Assembly: GCA_964452145.1 (NCBI GenBank)
Contig: CAYVLA010000046.1
Coordinates: 1-23,878, forward strand
Direction: 5' to 3'
Source of the DNA: Candidatus Hadarchaeota archaeon
Lineage (GTDB): Archaea > CAYQAE01 > CAYVLA01
Length of the DNA stretch: 23,878 nt
Both the position numbers and the translations under genes were made by a program. The notes beneath the pieces are model-generated. The model made no database searches. It was given only the letters and a program-made list of their open reading frames with translations, and was not told the origin of the DNA. Below are positions 14,742-23,737 of this stretch, piece by piece (within the stretch, counting starts at the first letter, position 1; the number at the start of each line of letters is the position of its first letter).

Positions 14742-16036
14742 TGTGTAACCTCCGCCTTGAACTCGACCGCATGCACGGAACAAGAGATGCATGGATCGTA
14801 CGCCCTCACAAGCATCTCGCATCGGAGCTGGAGATCTTCACCCTTCGCCACCACTCGTGGGCTCAATACCCTCAACGAGTCCTCCACATGAGCCGAGTTG
14901 TGTGCCGTCGGCGGAACGATATCCGCCGCCGTGACCACGCCCGATCTGTCGAATCTGTACCAGTGGTAGAGAAGGCCGCGAGGCGCCTCCGTCAGAGCTG
15001 CTCCTTCGCAGGGCATGCCTGTACGAACCCGAACCGGTTGCTCGGCCACGTCCAGTTTCACCCTCTTGATGATTGCCGTGCTCTCCTCCAACGAGTGCAC
15101 GATCTCAACGACCCGAGCCTTGATATTCATGAACGGATCGGTGCTGGCGGCATCCAGTCCGATCTTCTTCATCGCCCTCTTTGCATCGGGACCAAGTCTA
15201 TCATTGTTAAGCACCACCCTGGCAAGGGGTCCGACCATAAAGCTTCCTCGACCGGTCACGTGCGACTGCTTCGCATTCGAGTAGGGAACCTGCCTCTCGA
15301 GGATCTGGCTCCTGTACTCCGCCTCCGCCACATCCATTCCTTGATTCGAGACAAGCCGTCCCTCGTTGACTGCATATTGCTCCGGATGCGAGATGGCGAC
15401 CAGCTCGCTCTCATGGTCGACGGAAGGATACTCAAGGCCAGCGAGGAGTTCACAGATCTCCAGCATCTCCTTTCTCGCCTGTTTCAGTCTTCCGAGGAAT
15501 GGATCCAGTTCATCTCGTGTCAGTATCCTGGTAAACCCACCCACCACTGCTGAGACTGGATGGATCGCCCGCCCCCCGACAACCTCGCCAAGATCGTTGC
15601 CCAGCTTCTTCATTCGGAGCGCAAGTTCGACGAGATCGCGATGTTCGGCCGACATTGACAGGGCACCGTCATAGCCCAGATAGTCCGGGACCGATAGGAA
15701 GAAGACGCTCAGGGAGTGACTCTGGATCCAGGCACTGAGAGCGAGCAGATGTCTCAGCTCAGAGGCTTGCCGGCTCACCTCGACCGCGTAAGCGTTTTCG
15801 ACCGCCCTCAAGGCCGTGATCTGGTGGGCGATCGGACAGATGCCGCAGATCCTGGATGCAAGCTCGTGGACTTCGAGATATTTCCTGCCCTTCATGAATG
15901 CCTCGAAGAACCGCATGGGCTCGAAGATCGAGAACTCGGCCCTCCGCACCTCTCCCTGTGGGCCGACCTCCACATCGATCGACCCCTGGCCCTCGACCCT
16001 GGCGACGTAACAGACCTTCACCTTGTGGCTCTTCAT
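14738..16036 (-). CDS. hydA: Group 3b [NiFe] hydrogenase large (alpha) subunit
   Basis: ARVEGQG, L1 RICGICPIAH, VGPLAR, EAPRG, VPPT, L2 YDPCISCSVH followed by a 10-aa C-terminal extension. Confidence 0.95.
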   Translation of the reverse strand: MKSHKVKVCYVARVEGQGSIDVEVGPQGEVRRAEFSIFEPMRFFEAFMKGRKYLEVHELASRICGICPIAHQITALRAVENAYAVEVSRQASELRHLLALSAWIQSHSLSVFFLSVPDYLGYDGALSMSAEHRDLVELALRMKKLGNDLGEVVGGRAIHPVSAVVGGFTRILTRDELDPFLGRLKQARKEMLEICELLAGLEYPSVDHESELVAISHPEQYAVNEGRLVSNQGMDVAEAEYRSQILERQVPYSNAKQSHVTGRGSFMVGPLARVVLNNDRLGPDAKRAMKKIGLDAASTDPFMNIKARVVEIVHSLEESTAIIKRVKLDVAEQPVRVRTGMPCEGAALTEAPRGLLYHWYRFDRSGVVTAADIVPPTAHNSAHVEDSLRVLSPRVVAKGEDLQLRCEMLVRAYDPCISCSVHAVEFKAEVTQ

Positions 16037-16797
16037 AGACCGGCCTCCCTGCGGAACTCATGGGTCATGCCCGCGTATTTCCTGAACTTCCTGGCAACGT
16101 CCTCGTCCGACAGGCCGTTCCTCCTGAACAGGTCCGCAAGCTCCTTCGCATTTGCATCACTCATGGGACCGTAACACCCCTCGCACTCACGGCCACAACT
16201 TGGGCAGATGGCCCCGCACCCGGTTCTTGTCACAGGCCCCATGCATGGCTTCCCGAGACTGGTGAGGATGCACACGTTCTCTCGGAGCCTACACTCAACA
16301 CAAACAGGGTGATACTTCAGATCAGGACGGATTCCCTGGAGAGCTGAGGTGATCGTCTCCAATATCAAGTTCTTGTGCGGAGGACATCCCGGAAGGACGA
16401 CATCCACGGGAACGTACTCCCCGATGCCATTCAGCCTGAATGACACTATTGGCCCAGTGTCCTCATAGACGGCTCTCTCAACGTCGGACTGCGACATCCA
16501 GTTACGGATCGACGGTATGCACCCTCCGATGGCACAATCTCCGAAGGCAACTAGGGTCGTGGTGACCTTTCTGATCATCTTCAGCTCCTCCAGTTCCCTT
16601 GGCGTGGAGACCGAGCCCTCGACGAAGCACACATCATACGGACCCGTGTCGACACGGCTCTGAGCCATCATGAAGTACACGAAATCTACTCTGTCCGTGA
16701 TGTCCAGAAGCTCGTCCTCAAGACGCAGAAGCTCCATCTGGCATCCCGCACATCCAGTGAACTTGTACACGGCAACCTTCGGCTTCTCGCTGGGCAT
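16033..16797 (-). CDS. hydD: Group 3b [NiFe] hydrogenase small (delta) subunit
   Basis: KFTGCAGCQ, VEGSV, FGDCA..G, LPGCPP, VCVEC, CMGPVT..GCGAICP, CEGCYGP; SD GAGGTGA/AGGAG; ATGA overlap with hydA. Confidence 0.93.
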   Translation of the reverse strand: MPSEKPKVAVYKFTGCAGCQMELLRLEDELLDITDRVDFVYFMMAQSRVDTGPYDVCFVEGSVSTPRELEELKMIRKVTTTLVAFGDCAIGGCIPSIRNWMSQSDVERAVYEDTGPIVSFRLNGIGEYVPVDVVLPGCPPHKNLILETITSALQGIRPDLKYHPVCVECRLRENVCILTSLGKPCMGPVTRTGCGAICPSCGRECEGCYGPMSDANAKELADLFRRNGLSDEDVARKFRKYAGMTHEFRREAGL

Positions 16798-16807
16798 CTC
16801 CTTCACC

Positions 16808-17644
16808 TCATATACCGCAATCAGGAAGTCCCTTGATCTGGGAGTACTTGAAAACCGGTCCGTCCTTACACACGAAGTAGGGTCCCAATTGGCAGTGACC
16901 GCATTGCGCTATGCCGCACCGCATCCTTCTTTCAAGAGATAGGTAGATCTGTTCCTCGTGGAATCCCCTTCTCAGGAGGTCTTGCACTACGAAGTGCATC
17001 ATCACCTCGGGTCCGCAGATCAGCACCCCGGCATTCAGCGGCTTGGTGACCAGTCTGTCCAGTAGCGCCGTTACTAGGCCGACCTCGTGGTTCCACATAG
17101 CCCCATCAGGTACGCGTTCCACGGTGAGCGCCAGCTTCGTCCTCGGCATCCTGCTCCACTTCTCAAACTCCCATTCGAACATGCTTTCGATTGGAGTCCT
17201 AGTGCCGTAGATTATTTCGAGGAAACCGAAGTCCTCCCTGTGCTCCTCTATGCGCACGATGACCGGGCGGGGGGAGGGAAGGCCGATCCCGCCCGTGATG
17301 ATCAGAACGTCCTTCCCCTCCAACTCCCTCATGGGCCAGCCGTTACCGTAGGGGCCGCCTACCCAGAGTCTGTCGCCGACTCGGAGCTGATGTACCTTCG
17401 TGGTGACCCTTCCGACCTTCCTTATCGCCGTCGAGAAGCTCTCCCTGTGGGATGCTGCAGACGCGATGGAGAACATGGCCTCGCCCACTCCGGGGAAGGA
17501 TATCACGATGAACTGGCCTGGTATGAAGGTGAAAGCCTGTTGGACCGCATCCTCGACGAACCTGAGGGTATAGGTATTGGTGGTGGGGGTCTCCTCCTTG
17601 ATCGCTACGACCTCGGCTAGGTGCCGCTCATAGGGGTCCTTCAT
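16808..17644 (-). CDS. hydG: Group 3b hydrogenase gamma subunit (FAD/NAD(P)-binding, 2Fe-2S)
   Basis: PGQF, GPYGNGW, GGIGL, CGPEVMM, SLERRMRCGIAQCGHC, CKDGPVF; ATGA overlap with the hydB stop. Confidence 0.93.
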   Translation of the reverse strand: MKDPYERHLAEVVAIKEETPTTNTYTLRFVEDAVQQAFTFIPGQFIVISFPGVGEAMFSIASAASHRESFSTAIRKVGRVTTKVHQLRVGDRLWVGGPYGNGWPMRELEGKDVLIITGGIGLPSPRPVIVRIEEHREDFGFLEIIYGTRTPIESMFEWEFEKWSRMPRTKLALTVERVPDGAMWNHEVGLVTALLDRLVTKPLNAGVLICGPEVMMHFVVQDLLRRGFHEEQIYLSLERRMRCGIAQCGHCQLGPYFVCKDGPVFKYSQIKGLPDCGI

Positions 17645-18690
17645 AGTGATCCCTCCGTTACGACAGATCTCCTGCCTCTCAACTCCCGGGCAATCTCCGT
17701 TATGTCGATATCGACGGGACATACCCTTATGCATCTACCGCATCCTATGCACTTCGTCATGCTGTATTGATAGGAACCGTAGCTGAGGTTGTGACAGATG
17801 AACTGCCGCAGGCGGGCGCTTCTCTCAGGCCGGAAGTTGCCCCCCATCGCAACCTCGGAGAACTCGCGCAACAGACACACATCCCACACGCGGTATCTCT
17901 CCCCCTTGGTCAAGGACGCGTCGATCGACTCAAGGATGTCGAAGCAGAAACAGGTGGGACAGGACATGCCACACTGACCGCATGCCAGGCAGACATCTCC
18001 GTACTTAGCCCACACCGGATGATCCTGAGACGACATGCAGATCTCTGGCATGCCGTCCATGTCCACGGATCGCTTGAACTCCCCCTTCAAGCGCTCTATG
18101 ACAGCCCTCTTGGCATCCATATCCTCCTGCGTCGCCACAGGCAGTCCCAGAGAGTCCAGAATCTGGGTGCCTTCTGGGCTTCCCGCCTCCATCAAGTACC
18201 TGCGCCCGATATCGGTCATCAGGACATCGTAGCCCGAGGACGCATCGGGTCCTGATCCCATGGACATACAGAAGCATGTATCCGAAACGGTCTTGCATGT
18301 AAGTCCGAAGATCAGGTAATTGTTGCGCCTGCGGAGATACCTGGGATCGCTGCGGAAACCAAGGAATACCCTGTCCAGGAACCTCAGCCCAACGAGGTCA
18401 CAAGGATGCACCCCGAGGAGTATCTGCTTCTCCTCCGGGATCAGATCGCGGATTTGGGAGAACCTGCTCCCCTCAAAGGTGAAGATGGTCTCCCGCGGAG
18501 GCGAGAAGAACTTCTTCGGCGGCAGTATCGTGGTGGAGTAGTCAAGACACAGATCCTCTGGGTGCTGGATACGGCCGAAAACGTATTCCGTGCCCTTATG
18601 TGTGGGACCGAAGATCCTATACGTCTGACCGAGCTTCTCCAGTACCCCGGGGACGTCACCTTCAGCCATAATCGCCGAGGTCATTGGCAT
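17641..18690 (-). CDS. hydB: Group 3b hydrogenase beta subunit (AsrA-like Fe-S protein)
   Basis: PPKKFF, GVHPCD, CFC.SMG, CLACGQC...CPTCFC, R.WD.C, CIGCGRCIRVCP. Confidence 0.93.
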   Translation of the reverse strand: MPMTSAIMAEGDVPGVLEKLGQTYRIFGPTHKGTEYVFGRIQHPEDLCLDYSTTILPPKKFFSPPRETIFTFEGSRFSQIRDLIPEEKQILLGVHPCDLVGLRFLDRVFLGFRSDPRYLRRRNNYLIFGLTCKTVSDTCFCMSMGSGPDASSGYDVLMTDIGRRYLMEAGSPEGTQILDSLGLPVATQEDMDAKRAVIERLKGEFKRSVDMDGMPEICMSSQDHPVWAKYGDVCLACGQCGMSCPTCFCFDILESIDASLTKGERYRVWDVCLLREFSEVAMGGNFRPERSARLRQFICHNLSYGSYQYSMTKCIGCGRCIRVCPVDIDITEIARELRGRRSVVTEGSL

Positions 18691-18719
18691 GTCAACCGAA
18701 TCTGCCACGCGTGAGGGGA

Positions 18720-18734
18720 CTATTAAAAAGTCTT
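18720..18734 (-). promoter_or_regulatory. TATA box (CTTTTTAATAG) for the hydBGDA-ferritin operon
   Basis: AT-rich box about 30 nt upstream of ATG 18690 with purine-rich GAAGA on its 5' side. Confidence 0.65.
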
Positions 18735-18821
18735 CCCCCATCACTGCAGTGCAACTGCGTAAGCATGACAGCCGGAGAGGATCGCCTCTTTCGCCGATAA
18801 TCGAGTGTATGAGGAACCAAG

Positions 18822-19808
18822 ATGAGCAGTTACAGGGTGTTCATCACCAGGCCCATTCCGGAGCCTGCAATCGATCTTCTTGCCCGGTCCCGTGCGGAGG
18901 TAAGGGTGAGAGACTCGGAGGACATACCCACGGTAGAGGAGCTCACCGAGGGAGTACGGGGAATGGACGCGCTTTTAAGCCTCCTAACCGATCCCGTGGA
19001 CTCAAAGGTGATAAGTGGGGCCGACCGGTTGAGGGTAATCGCAAACTACGCGGTCGGATATGACAATGTCGACGTGAAGGCGGCAACCAGCAAAGGCATC
19101 ATGGTCACCAACACGCCCGGCGTCCTTACCGAGACAACAGCTGACATGGCATGGGCACTCCTGATGTGCGTTGCCAGGCGGATCGTTGAGGCTGATAGGT
19201 TCGTCAGAGAGGGACGGTTCAAGCACTGGGATCCCAAGTTGCTTCTTGGATCCGATGTCCACGGCAAGACCTTGGGGATCATAGGATTCGGCAGGATCGG
19301 CAGGGCCGTCGGGTCGCGGGCGAGGGGTTTTGGGATGAAGGTCGTCTACAACGACGTTCGGAGGGCCGACCCTGCGGCTGAGGCATCCGTGGGTGCCCGG
19401 TATGTCGATCTCCCGACATTGCTCCGAACCTCGGACTTCGTCACTCTTCACACGCAACTGACGCCGCAAACCCGTCACTTGATCGGACCGGACGAGCTGA
19501 ACATGATGAAGCAAGGAGCCTATCTGATCAACACCTCACGCGGACCGGTCGTGGACGAACTGGCACTAGTGCGGGCCCTTAAGGCCGGACTCATCGCTGG
19601 GGCTGGCCTGGACGTCTACGAGGACGAGCCAAGGCTCAACCCGGATCTGGTCCGCCTGCCCAACGTGGTTCTCTCCCCACACATAGCCAGCGCCTCCGTC
19701 GAAACCAGAAACAAGATGGCCGAGATGGCGGCAGTGAACATAATTGCGGCCATGAGAGGCGAGACCCCGCCTAATCTCGTCAACCCGGAGGTCCTAGGAA
19801 GGATCTAA
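18822..19808 (+). CDS. gyaR: Glyoxylate reductase / D-glycerate dehydrogenase (D-isomer-specific 2-hydroxyacid dehydrogenase)
   Basis: VFITR, NYAVGYDNVD, VTNTPGVLTETTAD, GIIGFGRIG, INTSRG, GLDVYE.EP, PHIASA, PPNLVN. Confidence 0.9.
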   Translation: MSSYRVFITRPIPEPAIDLLARSRAEVRVRDSEDIPTVEELTEGVRGMDALLSLLTDPVDSKVISGADRLRVIANYAVGYDNVDVKAATSKGIMVTNTPGVLTETTADMAWALLMCVARRIVEADRFVREGRFKHWDPKLLLGSDVHGKTLGIIGFGRIGRAVGSRARGFGMKVVYNDVRRADPAAEASVGARYVDLPTLLRTSDFVTLHTQLTPQTRHLIGPDELNMMKQGAYLINTSRGPVVDELALVRALKAGLIAGAGLDVYEDEPRLNPDLVRLPNVVLSPHIASASVETRNKMAEMAAVNIIAAMRGETPPNLVNPEVLGRI

Positions 19809-19832
19809 CGCCCGGCCACGCCGTGAGAGTCT

Positions 19833-21074
19833 TCAGACCAGCCGAGTCAGCCCGACCGCGCGGTACAGTCTCCGTCGAACCATCAGGACGTAGAGGACCT
19901 CGCCCGTCATCATCAGCGTCCCCAGGACGGCGAACCACTCAATTGTGTAGGTCCACATCAGGGCCCTCGCCTTGAGCCGAATCGCCTCGTCGGCGAGCTT
20001 GTTGAGGGATGCCTTTGCATCATCAATCCGACTCACCGCTTCCTCGTAGTCCTGGTGTAGGTAAGCCCGCCTAGCCGCGTCCCGGATACGATCAACCTCT
20101 ATGATGCCATTCAAGCTCCTCTGGGTATTCGCCCCGAACCTGTCTGCGAAGTCGATCACGGAGAGGACCCAGCCCTTGAGTTCCTCCAAGTTGAGGAACC
20201 CCTCCCGGGCCGAGTGGACCTTGGCGATATCCGTAGGGAGTTCCCTCCCAGCGGAGTAGATCAGGATGTTCATGAATACGTCCAACGCAAAGGGATTGCC
20301 GCCCAAGTTGACGTCCCGCAGACGCCACCATGCATATCCCATCCCGACGGAATTGGACCAAGTCTCGCCTTCGCCGTACTTCCACGAAATCAGGAAGGGG
20401 GGGTTCTCCATTCCGTCCCGGCTCCATGCCCAGATCTTCGCACCCTCCTTTGGCGCCATGTAGTATACGATCTGTTGCCGAATATCGTCGATGCCCAGCG
20501 GAACCAGCATCGTCAAGACCGGCGGGAGGAGAGGATCCCGGTTCACAATGACCCGGGCTGGGTGTGCGCCGTACTGCTTCCACTTGACGAAGACCTCCTC
20601 TGACGCCGAGGAGGGAAACGCCTCGTTGAGCTTGGAGTTGATCCAAGGATAGTTCGGCTCAATGCTTGTGTGAGTTACCCCACCTATGGTCACGAAACCA
20701 CCCAGACCTGCGTCTGTAATCGAGTTGTACATGTCCGCGATCTGGGCCGGGGTGAAGAACTCCATGAACATATGCTCGAAGATCATGAAGTCGTGTTCAA
20801 CAAGCAGCTCATAGGATCGGGGGAAGTAGATCCTCATCGCCCGCCTGCCTGTGTCTATCTGGGGGGTAGCCAACCCACTTACTGGGACCGTTGAGGGTAT
20901 CAAGGTCAGCTCCAAGGTGGGCTCGACCTTGCCCCAGGATGGCACGGGGCTTAGCCAAGCTGCCGTTGCACCCATGACCAGGATCTTGATTCGACCTTCC
21001 TCACCGGCAATGCAAGCGGAGACCGACAGCAGGATCGTCGCAAGCAATGCCGAGCCGATGTGGCGCCTTGCCAA
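19833..21074 (-). CDS. Hypothetical exported, C-terminally membrane-anchored protein (paralog A)
   Basis: TTG 21074 opens a signal-peptide-like segment (ARRHIGSALLATILLSVSACIA); alpha/beta core, helical stalk, TM helix and LMVRRRLYR tail; motif-level similarity to 21538..22752. Confidence 0.82.
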   Translation of the reverse strand: MARRHIGSALLATILLSVSACIAGEEGRIKILVMGATAAWLSPVPSWGKVEPTLELTLIPSTVPVSGLATPQIDTGRRAMRIYFPRSYELLVEHDFMIFEHMFMEFFTPAQIADMYNSITDAGLGGFVTIGGVTHTSIEPNYPWINSKLNEAFPSSASEEVFVKWKQYGAHPARVIVNRDPLLPPVLTMLVPLGIDDIRQQIVYYMAPKEGAKIWAWSRDGMENPPFLISWKYGEGETWSNSVGMGYAWWRLRDVNLGGNPFALDVFMNILIYSAGRELPTDIAKVHSAREGFLNLEELKGWVLSVIDFADRFGANTQRSLNGIIEVDRIRDAARRAYLHQDYEEAVSRIDDAKASLNKLADEAIRLKARALMWTYTIEWFAVLGTLMMTGEVLYVLMVRRRLYRAVGLTRLV

Positions 21075-21502
21075 GATCAGTTCCCCCGCCCAGCCCACAC
21101 CGAAACCCATTCCTCCAGCACGGCCCGGCCACCACGGTGAAATCCCACCTGAAGAAGGTTTCCCTGAAGCCTGCAGCCTGCGTGCCCCCAAGTCTGACGC
21201 ATCCGACACCTCTCTCGCCCCGCATTGCTGGCTTTTTCCGCAACGCATACTCTCCCGGGCTATTCGTGCCCATGGCTACCCCCGATTGGATTTCCTAATG
21301 ACCTGCGACGGTCATTTAGCGAATGCGGAAACCGGATGCCCGAGATCGATTTGCTCCCAACCCACATGGTTGTTGACCAGATTCGGTTCAATGTCTGAAC
21401 AGAAACACAGCGCCTATCTGGCGCAGCCGCCCCCATCGCGCAAGGCTCCGAGGAAAACAAGGCACCAATCAACCCCTCTCGGTTCCGCATGGCAGCATGG
21501 CA

Positions 21503-21516
21503 GAAAGAGTATTAAT
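21503..21516 (+). promoter_or_regulatory. BRE/TATA (GAAAGAG-TATTAAT) for leaderless paralog B
   Basis: TATTAA at 21510-21515, 22 nt before ATG 21538, which has no SD. Confidence 0.6.
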
Positions 21517-21537
21517 GCCGCTGACCGACATCATGAC

Positions 21538-22752
21538 ATGGCTTCGCCCAGGAGCCTCTATGCACTCACCATTCTCTGCGCCTTGCTGTCGTTCCATCCT
21601 GCCGTGGCCAAGAGCGATCCCTCCACGGGTAGGTGCCGGGCGATCTGGATCGGGGAGATCTGCGGTACAACCGAGGTTGCAATCGATATCATTTCCACCG
21701 AGCCCCGCTTCGTGATGGCCGGACAGGTGCCATGCGATCTCCAATGGGTCAGCATCCTTGATGCCAAGAGATTCACCAGGATGTACCTCCCCAGGTCCTA
21801 CGCCCACCTCTATCAGAACTATGATGTTGTGATCTTCCATGACTTCAGCCCGGAAGTCCTGCCTCTGGGGTTTCTTGACTGGTTCCGGAGAGCCATTGGG
21901 GAGGGCCTCGGGCTATGCTTGATAGAGTTTGCCTATCGCTCCGCCACCTATGCGGGGATGGATCAATGGCCCCAGCTGGAATTCTACGAGGTCTTCCCGG
22001 CCAGTTTCGCTTTCAATCAGGTCGAGGCTATGAACGGGCGCCAGTACCTAACCGTAGTTCAGGAAGGCCCTCTGCTCGCGATCCCCGAGCTTGAAACCCG
22101 CAACATGAACTGGGGAGCGCACGGTGACATCCTCCCCCGGGCGGGAAGCACGGTCTGGGCAGTCTTCAGAGGGAGGGGCACGGCAGCGGTAGTGAGCAGG
22201 CGCTACGACAATGGCACGGTAGTCCAGGCCGGCAGCGGCTGGGACACCGTCCCCGACGAAACCAAACGCTGGGAGTACTTTCCCGACTACATCTACAACC
22301 ATCTGACCTTTGTCACCGGCTTGCAGTTCCCGCCCGACTTGGAGCTGGTTCACGGGGCCCGAATGGCGTTCAGGAGCTTTGCGGCCGACAGGAGGATGGC
22401 GATCAGCGTATTGGCTTTCATTGAGAAGTTCGGTGCCAATCCGTACACCTTCGAGCGCAAGATCGGCGATCTCTCCACTCGCTACAAGGAGGCCGAACAG
22501 CTCTATATCGACCTGAGGATCGATGAGTCTCTCGAGATCATGGACAACCTCCTGGCACGAATGGGCGCTATCGGGAACGAGATGATGAGGGCAAGGGACA
22601 GGGCACTCCTATGGGTATACGTCTCCGAGTACCTCGTTGTAGCCGCGACCTCCATGGCATGTGGCTTCTCTCTGTGGACCCTGATGGTGAGGAGAAGGCT
22701 TTATAGAGAGTCCACCTCGTCCAAAGGACGGCCTAGGCACAGGGAGTGGTGA
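21538..22752 (+). CDS. Hypothetical exported, C-terminally membrane-anchored protein (paralog B)
   Basis: Signal peptide MASPRSLYALTILCALLSFHPAVA; YDVVIFHD resembles a class-I glutamine-amidotransferase-like strand; C-terminal TM helix and LMVRRRLYR. Confidence 0.85.
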   Translation: MASPRSLYALTILCALLSFHPAVAKSDPSTGRCRAIWIGEICGTTEVAIDIISTEPRFVMAGQVPCDLQWVSILDAKRFTRMYLPRSYAHLYQNYDVVIFHDFSPEVLPLGFLDWFRRAIGEGLGLCLIEFAYRSATYAGMDQWPQLEFYEVFPASFAFNQVEAMNGRQYLTVVQEGPLLAIPELETRNMNWGAHGDILPRAGSTVWAVFRGRGTAAVVSRRYDNGTVVQAGSGWDTVPDETKRWEYFPDYIYNHLTFVTGLQFPPDLELVHGARMAFRSFAADRRMAISVLAFIEKFGANPYTFERKIGDLSTRYKEAEQLYIDLRIDESLEIMDNLLARMGAIGNEMMRARDRALLWVYVSEYLVVAATSMACGFSLWTLMVRRRLYRESTSSKGRPRHREW

Positions 22753-22870
22753 GGTTGGGCCAAGCATCGCTTGGGACGAGCGTGTCGACCAGTCCTTGTC
22801 CCGGAAGGGGTCCAGTGCAATGTGCCACCACGCGGACACCACGGATCAATCTCCACAGGAAGTGAATCAG

Positions 22871-23725
22871 ATGATGCCCAAGAGGGAATACGCCCAGGGA
22901 GAAAGACTGTCCGTTGTGGGTTTCGGCGGGATCCTGGCCGCAAACGAGCCCCCCGAGAGAGTGTGCGAAATGGTCTCCCACGCCCTCGACAAAGGGGTGA
23001 ACTACTTCGATGTCGCTCCCACGTACGGCAACGCCGAGGACCTCCTCGGGCCTGTGCTCCATGAAGTGCGGGACGAGATCTTCTTGGCCTGCAAGACCAC
23101 CCAGAGGAGGAAGCAGGACGCAGCCAGAGAGCTGAGATCCTCTTTGGCAAGGCTAGAAGCCGACACCTTCGATCTGTATCAGCTGCATGGCATCTCTTCG
23201 GTTGCGGATGCTGAGACGGCTCTCTCCAGTGGCGGGGCCATCGATGCGCTCGTGGAAGCTAGAAAGAGCGGTCTGGTGAGGTATCTGGGTTTCTCGGCTC
23301 ACTCTGTGAAGGCGGCACTTCTGGCGATTGAGAAGTTCGACTTCGACTCCGTACTCTTCCCCGTCAACTTCGTGCTCTATGAAAGAGAGAATTTCGGGCC
23401 ACATGTCGTACAGAAGGCCCGAGAACGCGGAATGGCCGTTCTGGCTCTCAAAGCGCTGGCGAAGACAATGTGGCCGGTTGGGGCGGATCGTGCCCCATAC
23501 CCGAAATGTTGGTACCAGCCGCTATCAGACCCCCGGTCCATGGAGCTTGCCCTGAAGTTCACACTCGCACAACCCGTCACCTCCGCCATTCCCCCCGGCG
23601 CAGTAGGACTCTACCCGACCATACTGGAGATCGCCTCCCGGCTGACGCCTTTGAGCAGCGGTGAGTATCAGGAACTGCGAAGCATCGCCCAAGATCAGAT
23701 CCCCATATTCAGGCTGGACACGTAA
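22871..23725 (+). CDS. Aldo/keto reductase
   Basis: LSVVGFGG, GVNYFDVAPTYG.AE (catalytic D, Y), ACKT (K), DLYQLH, GLVRYLGFSAH; SD-like AGGAAGTGA. Confidence 0.92.
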   Translation: MMPKREYAQGERLSVVGFGGILAANEPPERVCEMVSHALDKGVNYFDVAPTYGNAEDLLGPVLHEVRDEIFLACKTTQRRKQDAARELRSSLARLEADTFDLYQLHGISSVADAETALSSGGAIDALVEARKSGLVRYLGFSAHSVKAALLAIEKFDFDSVLFPVNFVLYERENFGPHVVQKARERGMAVLALKALAKTMWPVGADRAPYPKCWYQPLSDPRSMELALKFTLAQPVTSAIPPGAVGLYPTILEIASRLTPLSSGEYQELRSIAQDQIPIFRLDT

Positions 23726-23737
23726 CGGTCGAGAGAC

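Noticed and set aside
14770..14800. Selenocysteine ([NiFeSe]) variant of HydA or stop-codon recoding elsewhere
   Set aside because: L2 is DPCISC with ordinary Cys codons; no gene appears interrupted by an in-frame TGA/TAG or a frameshift.
20851..21537. 229-aa N-terminal extension of the 633-aa ORF
   Set aside because: Overlaps paralog A on the other strand and is Pro/Ser/Arg-rich; the TATA box and signal peptide point to ATG 21538.
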